Origin: Tubiluchus corallicola
Taxonomy: Eukaryota > Animalia > Priapulida
Assembly: GCA_030141605.1 (NCBI GenBank)
Contig: JAQGDQ010000250.1
Coordinates: 186,001 to 250,000 of the forward strand
Length of the DNA: 64,000 nucleotides
Reading direction: 5' to 3'
In this document: positions 53,231 to 64,000 of the stretch, piece after piece
Position numbering within the stretch: position 1 is the first letter of the stretch
Layout of the letters: each line of letters begins with the position of its first letter
Program-made: the position numbers and the translations under genes
Notes under the pieces: model-generated
What the model was told of the DNA's origin: nothing
Database searches by the model: none
What the model saw: only the letters and a program-made list of their open reading frames with translations

Positions 53231-56230
53231 TCATAATGTCTACACTAGGTTGTGGGCAAAGCATGCTAAATGTAGAATTTTTAGACTTTTACTAAGTTTT
53301 AGTCTCTGTGTTATCCTTTTAGCCTACTAACGGAATTGTAACAGAGAGGCCAGTGTTAACCGCCTATTACTTGATTTACTCATTTGGTTGCAAACATCTT
53401 CAATCGTTAATTCCAAAATTTAAAAACAGTTTAACTGGAACAGGGTCGTCACCACAAGGAAAAAGTTTATAAGTGAAAGAACCAGCTTCTAGCAATCAAT
53501 CTCTGTGAAAACAAAACGACCGTCATACCTCCCAGATAATTCTAAACTGCATCACTACTGTGTGGCCTAATTCTTTGTGTATTTTATAATTTTTGTAAAA
53601 TGTCCAGTATTTTAAATGCCAATTTATCTCGAACGTCTGCTGTTTGAATCTCAGATGCCCTACATTTACAGTCAGTTATTCCGAGTTCAGCAATACAGGT
53701 ACTGTAAATCTTTCAAATTCAACGAAAGAAAAACTTTACTCGCTCGTTTCTCAACCCTTTCTAAAAAATCCACGGTCTTCATAATTATTTAAGCTCATAC
53801 TGCAGTCCAGTCCTCTCTCGTGGTGATTAAATTATATGAATAACGCTAAAATTTCTCAAATACCGATCATACCCACCATTTATCACGTCCCCGTTGCAAA
53901 CAAATCAAACGCCCAGGAAAAGTTGACAACTTGAAGTTGAAACAGCGAAAAAGCTGAAAACCTGAAACAATTTTCAATTCAATTTTATTTGCACAAATCA
54001 AATACATACAATGTACATTGGCAAAAAATACACGTTAAATACTACATAAACCGGCTGTGTGCAAAGTTGTTTTCATAAAAAATGTTAAAATATGGTATAC
54101 TGATACTAACATCACAGTTACATAAAAATTGTATAACTTAGCAACGGAAAAAGGAAAATGACCTAAAAGTAGTAGGTATCTGTACCAGCTTTAGGTACCA
54201 GCTAGCTGGACCAGTGAAACCCCGGTAGGTTGCACAAGACTGTGAAAACTCAATGGAAGAATGTGCGCCACCCAATTTTCAAAAGCATTAACGATATTAG
54301 AATAATCTAATCCTGTGTTATACCTGTCAAAACACATCCCAAGCAGTTTCTAAGTATATAAAATCTAAGTACAAAATAAAATAACTTCTAGTATGTCGTC
54401 AAAGACTTTCAGAAGTATATTATTCAAGACTTCAAGAGTCAGTAAAGAATTCAGCAAGCGTCGTAAAATTTGCGACAAATGCATTTTTAAGAACCGTCCC
54501 AGTCTCCCATCGTCCCAGAGGGTGTTCCATTAGGACTCAGGACTGTGATTCCCAGTAATGATAACTTTATCTATACATTTGAAATTTTGAGAAATGAACT
54601 ACTACTGCTAATTACAAAGCATTCTACTTTTGTGATTTTTATACTAGTAAAATTACCGCCTGCAATGATCCAAGCTTGTTTATCCACATTTCTCCTTATT
54701 CCCAACAAACCACTGTTATGCTTTGCCATATATGTTGATAGGCAGTGATAATATGACTGTAGTGTAGATCAATGTAGACAGAAAGGTGTAAATTTACAGA
54801 GACATATAGAAAAACAGATAAGCAACCAGATTATAATAAGTGGGTAGGGTAGATGGTAAGTAAGCTGCTGGACAGGTAAGCAATTGAGCAGGTAATCAGA
54901 TTGGTGGAAGGCAGGCAATAGACAGACAGCCAGGTAGAGACGTAAATAGGCAGACGAACTGTCAAACAGACAGGCACATAAACATACAAGTAGACAAGAC
55001 AGACCGGTAAGGAATGATTATTAAACCGACAGATAGACACGTGTTGTGCTGTTGTGAGAATTAACAGCCAAATGCCCACTGCCCAGACGTACTTAGGCCA
55101 AACGTCTGCTGCCCAAGTGTCCACTTCCTAAAGGTGCACGTATTGTCTGAATTTCTGTTGCTATACACATGTGTATATGGTATTCAGTGAAAATTCTGTA
55201 CTGCAGTTATCCGACTATCCTTGACTTCTCTTTTAGACATTGGTAATGCTTTAAAAAAATGTAAACTTGTTGGTGATATCTGATTTAAAATATTTAAAAA
55301 TGGGTGTTGCACTATACATTCAGCCTTGTCTATGTCTAACTAGCGTCGATACTGGAAAGACCTACAATAGATTATTTTGAATGCTCTGTAAATTAATTAT
55401 ATAAATGCACGAAAGCAATCATAAATTTAAAAAGTCTGAAAAATTTTGCTTTCCAGACTGCTTTCCTGACTCAGACCAACTAGGGTCTATCATTTTCATA
55501 AGAAATTAAATACTTTTGTTTTTCTAACAAAAATTCTGGTTAACCATCGTTAAATAAATGTTTATCTCATATTATACTAAAAGAAGGAATGATCAATGTG
55601 ACACACTGAAATTACCATTAGAGTTGCCTTTACATTGGACAACATTTTGCATTATACAGTGTATCTCCAGGGTACATAGACTGTAGTGCAGTAATAAGGA
55701 GAAATGGTCATTACGGCACAGTTGACATGGACATTGACTTAATTTTAAGTGTTAGGGCTCTATATCAAGTTTTACGTAATCTTGTGAAGCCAATGAAGTA
55801 AACGTAGCTAATTACAAAAACAAAAACCTCGGAAATGTTGACATTTACACATGTGGTAACAGCAATTTACTCCAAGCAATAAACTTCAATGTGCAAAAGT
55901 TATCACAGACACATCAAACTATTAAATTTCAATAAAAGGATAAACTATCATTTACTATAAAGTTTCATAGTTTGTTTATACATGTAGTTGTATTACACAT
56001 ATAGCACAACAGCTATGTACAATAAGAATGACAAAATGAACAATTAACATACTTGAATAGGAATAACATGAGAAGCAGGGTTCACACACATTTTACTTTC
56101 TTCTTCCTAAAAGAAGCATGCACGACCTATAGCTAATAAGATGGTATTTTATTAACTACAGTACTAAGTGATTTCTAACCTGAAGTTACATTAACAAATA
56201 AAACAGTCCTACACTCTTTTGCTTCTCATG

Positions 56231-58108
56231 TTATACTTTCTTGCGTTTCCACGGAGGAAGATGTTCATCGTCATCATCATCATCTTTTTCATCTTCTTTA
56301 TGAAAAATTGGCTTCGGTTGAGTCTTTGTCCAGACACCCGTCCACATGGGGTTTTCAGCAGCATCTTTGGCATGTCGTATAATGGCCTCCCTGGGATCAA
56401 GGGAATCATCCTCTATAGGTCTTTCCAATGCGTGCATTTTAGAAATGTAAGCTGCTAATGTGCCACCAGAACTACCTAATCGGCCGCCCATGCCAGGACC
56501 TGCAACCGGGAGCTCTGGTCTGCGAGACTTCACTGGATCAGCCCTAGCCTTCTCTTTGACCTTCTTCGTGGATTTCTCTTTCTCTGTTCTAAACATGGGT
56601 AGCGCATGAGGAGTAATAATGGGCTCCTTCGCAAGATACTGAATCTGTTTTGTCTTTCTTTCATTTTTGACAACAGACAGCAAAGCACCACGATGACTCT
56701 TGTCGGGATCATAGAAGATCTTCGCCTGTCCATCGGCAGTTCCAACGATGATCTGATTGAGTTTTGGATGCCACAAGCATCTAATTATACTTGCCTCGGT
56801 GGAAACATCCATTTCATAATCTTTCACAAATGTATCTCGACTGTAGAACATTAATTTCCCACTCCCTTCACCTTTTTTCACCGAGGTGCCGGTGATGACC
56901 ATTTTGTCATTTGGACTAAAGATGCAGTCAGTCATGGGAAAGAAGTTTGTGAGATCATTCACAACATATAATGGTGTTTTCATGTGCCTCAGATCCCAGA
57001 GTTTCAGAGTATCATCGCCTCCACGAGATGCTAGAGCTTTCCCATCATATGAAAAGCAAATACAAGATGTTTCACTGCCTGCTTGATGAGCACCTCTGCA
57101 AACAATAGCAGTATTCACAAAGTTCTTACGATGGTCCCACATTTGGATAGATCCATCTACACAAGCAGCAGACACCAAGTTGCCATCCGGACTATAGCAA
57201 CATGTCGATGGAACTGTTGGAAGACCAGTTTTTGACCTCGGCTTAATTATGTTTTTATGCTTCTTTCCTTCTTGTTGCAAACTCCATAAGCGCACAGAAG
57301 TGTCAATCGAACAGGTCATAAACTCGTCTCTGTCTCGCGGATGCCAACACCCACAATTCAACATTCCACAGTGACCTTTCGTATTAGCCATGTCTCTTAT
57401 GTACTGATCCCCTTTAGCACACTCCATTTTTTCGAAACCATCCCTATCAATGACCTTCGCTTGTGCATTTCCGCTTGCAATGAGAATACAATCACCAGTA
57501 ATGCTATACTGCAGAGATTTGATCTGATGACTTTCACAAGGTCGTAGTGTCCGGAACGAGTGAAGCGATGCGTCCATACCAGCAAAGTCCCACAACTTCA
57601 CATCATAATCATAACTACCCGTAGCTAAACGTGCTCCATTGGGGTCTAAGGTCAGAGCAGACAACGAACGCGATCCATGGTCCAAGATGATTTCGTGGCT
57701 AATTGGCAACATGTTTTCAACACTAGCATCATTTTCATCCGACTCTCCTTCATCTGGATTATCTGCCACAGTCGCTGAACGTTGTCCATCTTTACTCTGA
57801 ATGATGTCATCATTATTATCAACTATTTTACTAGGTGGCACAGGAGGTCCTATAAAGTCGTCTTCGCTAGAATCATCGTTGTCATCAGAATCTTTACATG
57901 AGCTAGATGGTGAGGAACTATTGTCAGTAGGTCTAGAGGACTTTCCTTCAGGCTTCTTGATATTCTGCTTACTTGACATTGGTTCTTCTTCTAACTCTCT
58001 TTCAGCTAAAACCTTCTGTGATCTTTCCATAGCTGCAAGCTTTGCCTGCTGAAACACGACATCCAAATCAAACATCCTCGCTTTTTTCTCCATCTTTTCG
58101 TCAGCCAT
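56231..58108 (-). CDS. WDR70: WD repeat-containing protein 70 (gastrulation defective protein 1 homolog), single coding exon
   Basis: Uninterrupted ORF; likely start MADEK at 58108 (625 aa), with an upstream in-frame ATG at 58156. Diagnostic segments: IGPPVPP, LPISHEI, GSYDYDVKLWDFAGMD, KGDQYIRDMANTKGH, WHPKLNQI, IITPHALPMFR, DPVKSRRPELP, DPREAIIRHA. AATAAA at 56153-56148. Confidence 0.97.
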   Translation of the reverse strand: MADEKMEKKARMFDLDVVFQQAKLAAMERSQKVLAERELEEEPMSSKQNIKKPEGKSSRPTDNSSSPSSSCKDSDDNDDSSEDDFIGPPVPPSKIVDNNDDIIQSKDGQRSATVADNPDEGESDENDASVENMLPISHEIILDHGSRSLSALTLDPNGARLATGSYDYDVKLWDFAGMDASLHSFRTLRPCESHQIKSLQYSITGDCILIASGNAQAKVIDRDGFEKMECAKGDQYIRDMANTKGHCGMLNCGCWHPRDRDEFMTCSIDTSVRLWSLQQEGKKHKNIIKPRSKTGLPTVPSTCCYSPDGNLVSAACVDGSIQMWDHRKNFVNTAIVCRGAHQAGSETSCICFSYDGKALASRGGDDTLKLWDLRHMKTPLYVVNDLTNFFPMTDCIFSPNDKMVITGTSVKKGEGSGKLMFYSRDTFVKDYEMDVSTEASIIRCLWHPKLNQIIVGTADGQAKIFYDPDKSHRGALLSVVKNERKTKQIQYLAKEPIITPHALPMFRTEKEKSTKKVKEKARADPVKSRRPELPVAGPGMGGRLGSSGGTLAAYISKMHALERPIEDDSLDPREAIIRHAKDAAENPMWTGVWTKTQPKPIFHKEDEKDDDDDDEHLPPWKRKKV

Positions 58109-58156
58109 GTTTAAAGTCTCGATCGAATTAGTGGATATAACAAAACTTTTTAACAT

Positions 58157-58291
58157 AAAAAATTAAATTATTGAACTAAATCAACAAAACGTGAAAAATG
58201 AGATTGAGTATTTTTTCAACCACGTGCAATTCATTGGCACTTTCACTGGGTTTCACGTCAGCAAGTGGACAAGTTAAATCATGTGCACGTG
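58157..58291 (-). promoter_or_regulatory. 135-nt ACYP-WDR70 spacer with two E-boxes, a CRE-like site and CCAAT; possible WDR70 promoter
   Basis: CACGTG at 58221 and 58286, TGACGTG at about 58254-58260 and CCAAT at about 58233-58237 (minus); no AATAAA or ATTAAA on the minus strand. Confidence 0.4.
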
Positions 58292-61200
58292 CTAATAATG
58301 TCTCACACTAAAATCGGGAAACTCTAGCTCCGTTAATCGTCGTTCGTTCTTAAATTCACATCGTGAAATGCGTGACTGCGGCGATCCTTTATAGTGGAGA
58401 AAATCTTTCCTGAAAATAAATGCTAATCAAGTATATTCACGTTTAGTATTCCACAACACAACAAAATAATAAAAATATAATAATCGAACATAAAAATATG
58501 ACAAATGAATGAAAATAAATATTTCCATCTCTATGTTTAACTATAGTAAATGTAGAATGTAGATAGTCTTGCACTTTGTTCAATACAGTACAGTTCATTA
58601 CAATCGAATCACAGTAACACAATTTTCGAGGGGCCAAAATAATTTTTCGTATTAAGCGTGATTCGCACCATCCGTTAATTAGCAATTAACCCACGTGTAG
58701 CCTCTACATCCATTTTCGTTTGATCAGTGAGCATAATTTAAGCTTCTCTGATCGCCCATTTTCCACACGTACAAACAGGAAAATTATATCATCACGTTGC
58801 CAGTCAGTCTAGAAGCAAATCCGCAAGTAAGGGGTTAGCGACACCACTTTTGCTGCTGCAGTATACCGATAAATACTGCTAATGCATTACCTGTAATGCA
58901 ATACTAAATGCCCAACAACGCTGTTCATTTGGATACGAGGCTGCAGCAAATACATGTATAGGCATTTTAAACTATAAGGGCTGAATTTTTATCACAGTGG
59001 CAAGGCATTTTAGAAATCAGCAACTTTACTGCAGGCAGTTATTTGTACAATCATTTCAATGATCAATTTAAATTATAACTTATTTTAAACCTAAAAATCT
59101 GTTCTCGCTTTATTCCAGGTGTTTCAGCTGTTGCCACTGATACTATTCGTGTTAAATATGTGGAAAAATCAATCGCTTATCGGTCTACGGTGATTATCTT
59201 TGCAGCCCTTTCCAATTTCCCTGACTTTTCAACCCATTTTCATCATTTTCCTTGACTTCTTACCAAATTATCTTTTTCCCCGACTTTCCAGTATAGCCTG
59301 TATTTTCAAGGATGTTCCCTGACCGTGGGAACCCTGAAAGATTGGCAAACAATATTTCAGGATATACAGCCCACATATTAACCAAGGACTTTTTGAACTT
59401 AGTTACGTCATCGAATTCTCTACGGACCAACTTGCTGAATTCTAATGCTTAAGGTTACATCATATTAAATGTTTATTTCTAGGCATCTGATTTCCTAGGC
59501 CACAGGTTAATTAAGAGCACATCCATGTAGGAGAACACTTTATAAATATTTAATAGCTGCTACAGACAAGTTAAGGTATTAGACTGTTCATGGTGGCATA
59601 ATGGGTATCTGACCAGAACCAAAAAGCCTTAGGTTTAATTCTTCACTGGAAAATCAATATTTTTCAGTCATTCTATTGATTCCAAGTCTAATAAACAGTA
59701 ATGAAAAAATTAATATTTACTTTAGTGATAATAAATATTCACGTACATTTTATTAACAGCATCTTCTGGTCCTTGAACAACACCATCAACTGTATTACGC
59801 ATGGTATTACGACACCATCCAACCAAGTGCAGTGACTTTGCAGTCTGCTTTGTGTACTAAAAATGCAGATGCAGATGCATATTTACAAAACATGTTCTTA
59901 TACTAAAATCTTAAACAAAGAGTTCTTATAGTAACAACCTTTGCTTAAAGTCGGTTTTAGTTTTTGTTTAAATTCCTAGTTGAAATGTCAAGCACAAAGT
60001 GACACAAAAGAGTTAATCCACATGTAAAATATCACGAATGCTGCCAAGGTTTCTACTTTTAAAACTGCAACAACCGAATCTTCGGATGTGATTGGGCAGG
60101 TTACATATATAACCGTACTTGATATTATTTGATCGCAAGCAAACAATTTAAAAGTACCTCATTAAATTTTGCAAATGAATGGGCACTTGTTATCCACTAA
60201 AATGTTTGTACTTCATTTTCATAAAAATGCTTGAATACAAGTCATCAGCGATTATCACTGCATTTGTTATGTCAACAGTGGTGACCATAATGACCATCAA
60301 CAATAGTGACCATGGATGAGTAGTGATCATGGCACGTACAACAGCGGGTGTAGATGGAATGTTATTTTGAAAACTTATGCGGCATTGGTGTACAATTTAT
60401 TTTTAAGTTTCACATTACTGTAAAAGTATTTATTGTATGCACTTGTTTATTGTAATTTATGTACCCTACAGTGTTTCAGGGAAATATGTGTTGCCTATGT
60501 AGACCACATATAAAGTTGTACATTACTCATAACTACTATAATTTCTAATTCAAGTAGTATTGAAGTGTAGCATATAAGATTAGATAAGAAAAGATGAAAT
60601 TTATTCTGCCTTGGGGTATCCTTTCCTCATAATTTCATTATATCATGCACTGTGCACAGGTGTTATGTTGTTTTCATGAGAGTACTTGCAACGTATTAAA
60701 CTATAGATGAAGGCAAAAACATCGAGCAGTGCTTCGTGTGCCTCAGCTTTTTTGTCTTGGAATTTTCGCACTTATAAGCACTATTCATGTACGTAATTAA
60801 CAATGACCATGTAGAAACTAGGTTAATAGTATTACTAATACATCGCAAATAATTGTTTAATCTGTTCAGTACGTAATCAATCACAAATGCAAAATACAGT
60901 TGGGGGGGACAGATCTATCAACCTAGGATGTCAAGAAGTCTTGATATGCCCAACTGCCTAATATTGCTGACCAAGAAGACTGCAAAGCCATAAGAACATT
61001 GCAACAAAAGAAATTGAAAACTTTGACGTATATTTACCTTTCGAAAAAATACACCTGCAAAATAAAAATAAATAATTTAATTTAAACAAGCTAAAAACAT
61101 GGCCATTGGATCATTAATTAATACAAAATTTAATTATTCGAGTCTGAATAATTACTTTAATTTTTTGAAACTGCAATATTATACTAGATAAGTTGTTTGA

Positions 61201-61696
61201 AGAATCTATATTGAAATAAATTTTTCAATTTACATTTCAATAAGCTCAGCATTTAAAGAGACAAAGAGTAGCTAACAAAAAATACATTATAATGAAGCGA
61301 TTTGAAAGCCTAAACCACAGGTTCATCAGCTTGCCTCTTATTATATTTGTAGACGCGTAGAAACCATGTATAAATTCACGTATCCATTCAGCCTAGACAA
61401 TATCTACAGGCGAACAATTAGTTTCTGAACTCTTCTGGGCGTTAGATGCTCTGCTGACGACACATTTCATTCTTCTTTACGTACACTACTATAATACTAG
61501 TACCTGCTCTTCCAACTCGTTTATTTGCTAATTAAAAAAGCAAACTTTTTGCAATTAACAACTGCATCATCATCATACCCTAACTACCATCTTGAAGCAA
61601 GCATTGGTGAACTCATTGAAAACATCAAACCACTTGTATACCTTGAACTCTACCAAATACTTCGAAATTCACTGATAAATAATGAGAAGACGCCAT
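58292..61696 (-). CDS. ACYP: Acylphosphatase, 4 coding exons, 99 aa
   Basis: Exons (minus): 61696-61642 (MASSHYLSVNFEVFGRVQ), 61054-61038 (GVFFRK), 59856-59747 (YTKQTAKSLHLVGWCRNTMRNTVDGVVQGPEDAVNKM), 58409-58292 (KDFLHYKGSPQSRISRCEFKNERRLTELEFPDFSVRHY*). Phases 1,0,2; total 300 nt. The signature VFGRVQGVFFR and GWxxN, with catalytic Arg and Asn, is intact. Confidence 0.95.
59205..59336. mobile_element. One end of a probable hAT-like MITE
   Basis: Repeated TTCC(C/T)TGAC motifs ending in CCGTGGGAACCCTG; the matching other end was not found. Confidence 0.35.
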
Positions 61697-64000
61697 ACTT
61701 ACTCAATAGTAAACGCTCGACGTGTATTAGAAATGGCGCAATGTGTTTTGCCATTCAAACCACAGTGTCGTGCACTATCACACTGCTAATTGCCCATAAA
61801 TTTTCTAGGCGCAATGATTACACTCAGTCACTCAGTGATGACCTGCAGTGATGATAACTATGCATTAAGCACTGTGCAGTTATTAAATTCTTTTTTGTTG
61901 TTATTTTGCAAAATTTAATAATGCATAGGACTAAAATCTTAATAATATGTGTTTTCTATACGGCTTAACGTCTATTTTATTCTATTTTTGCCTAAAGCGA
62001 CTAATGTAAGTAACATTGTTTGGCAACAGTATGCACCTAAGCATGAAAGCCCAATTACCGTTATAAAGACATTCAATTTGGGCAAGTCCTGATAATGTAG
62101 GCTGACTGTCAAAAAAGGAGATGCTGTACTACCCGCTAAATGCAAGTTAATGCATTCATTTGTTGTTATTTTACTGATAACTTATGAGTGTGCATTGAAC
62201 AAGAAGACACGAACTAACACAGATAACTATAATTGCGATGTTGACCTTATGGTGCTCACCTTGCCATTCATATTATGTTATAGTAAAGTGGTAAAGAAAA
62301 AAAAGAAGGAGGTGATTTTTTTATAAAATAAACTTGTCACAATCCAGTGTGCTCTGTGCTAGTTCAACTAAACCAGATGCTGATATATTAATCACACCTG
62401 TCCACATTTTTCAAATCTTATTAGAGAGACCTCAACTTCTCCTAGAGGTATACTAGCATTTTATCTTTTATTTATTTGAGTTTGGGCAGCTATCACTTTT
62501 ATTCCACTTTACAATAGACTATTAGTATATATTATTGTTAATAGCACATTGCAAAATATTTTTTACTTAAAGTCATAAACCTTACAAGGTCTGATATAAT
62601 TCCTGAATGCTTCAGTTTCTAACTAACAGTTCTTTCTGACATTTATTTTCCTTATATATCCAAATTTCATTGCATCTTCTGGTTAATCAGGAATTGTTAA
62701 TATAATGGCATTAAGCCTTTATTATTTGGAATATCAGTTTTTTCTATTTACACCAGCTGCCATGAAAAACAAAACTTGGGTGACAAATTAACTTGAAACT
62801 GCTCTAAATAGTTATATTTACTTTAATTTTCTTCACTCTTATTGTTTGATCTTTGAATTAGTTTTTTTTTATTTCTTGCTGGAATTATTATAAATTTAAT
62901 AATTTACAAACTCCGCGATTTCATTATTTTCTTTTGTTCTTCTTTTTCATCAGTTTCATGAATTAAATTAAAGTTTTTGTTTCATTTATTAATTTAAACT
63001 TTTTTCATTTTATTTGGTACCTATCGTTCGCCACTTCAGTTGAAACACTTGTTGAACTTAAATGTTAACTTTTGCCAAGTTATCATTATTTTCTTTTATT
63101 TTGTTTTCATACTTTGTTGATTATTATTACTTTTCTACATCTGCTTGGCGGTAGGTCACACTTTATTTGAATTCTGGAGAGGTGGCGCTGACCTCATAAC
63201 TGATTTTTGGTCTGTTTGTCACCCCTTATCTTTTCTATTTTTTTTGCTCTTGTTTATGTCGATTTTGTAAATATCAATATAAATTATTTTACTTATTTAC
63301 TTTCAACAACTACCCACACTCATAAAGATGATAGTCTATACCGGCAACACGCCACACCTACCACAACAACAATCTGCTCTGCGCCAAGCACAGTACGCCA
63401 CACCATGCAACACTCCACTGACTGATCTCACAATGACGATTGACGATAGGTCCACACCACCATGTGACCACCATTGAACAACGTAGCGAAACTATGCATA
63501 ATATCAGAGAACATCTATGGTTGGCTCCGATAGGCGTCGAATTTCGGTGGATTCTTCTATTGCCAACATATTTTTGTTTCAATTTTGCGTGCTTGACAAC
63601 AGCAGTTAAATATGCAGTAATTTAACAATTTTTAGATTAAGTCTTCTCATTTAGGCAGTTTTTTCGTCACTACAGTTGGAATTGCCTGTGACCTCCTGTA
63701 CGTTCTTCTCAATAGTCTTGTAAATTATCGTTACATTTATGTATTAATTGTTTGCTCTGCTTAATTCAATTCAATTTTATTTTCTCAATAGCAGTTGAAA
63801 TTCGTCATTTACATTTCATTGCAGCTGAGAAGGAGCAGCGAAAGACCTATTGGTCACTTGGTCAGCTGATCCTTATTAAAAAAACAAGTTTACTCACAGG
63901 CTCATGACATTTTTTAGGTGTTTGTGTATATATAAAACTAAAAGGCAAAAGTAACAAAAATCAACTCAAAGCAGAAATCCAATTCAAAGCATAAGAAGGC

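Noticed and set aside
58157-58294. Stop-codon readthrough fusion of ACYP to WDR70 (the two ORFs are in the same frame)
   Set aside because: The 45-codon spacer has four further in-frame stops, the first being TAA six codons after the ACYP stop.
61296-61851. Plus-strand 108-aa ORF resembling a Penelope endonuclease remnant
   Set aside because: The similarity is weak, and the key segment is the antisense of ACYP coding exon 1 (61696-61642).

Overview
AT-rich, intron-containing animal (invertebrate-like) genomic DNA, not prokaryotic; the species cannot be determined from the sequence. Four protein-coding genes were assembled by hand from GT-AG splice sites with consistent intron phases. (1) Angiomotin-family gene: minus strand, 13 coding exons, 48251->21164, 846 aa, with a tandemly expanded set of L/PPxY motifs. 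(2) A 600-aa type I membrane protein (signal peptide, SUEL-like domain, 2 CUB domains, S/T stalk, TM, tyrosine-motif tail), nested antisense in the 11.7-kb angiomotin intron. (3) Intronless WDR70/gad-1. (4) A 4-exon acylphosphatase missed by the ORF track, with a 17-nt micro-exon; its stop lies only 135 nt upstream of the WDR70 ORF. Most unusual: a 13 x 52-bp tandem array built from an angiomotin exon end plus its 5' splice site, and a 22 x 31-bp array resembling 3' splice sites just upstream of another angiomotin acceptor. Bases 1-21000 hold mostly microsatellites, MITEs, SINEs, a long foldback and a Penelope remnant with a degenerate hammerhead. All identifications rest on motif recognition; no database searches were run.
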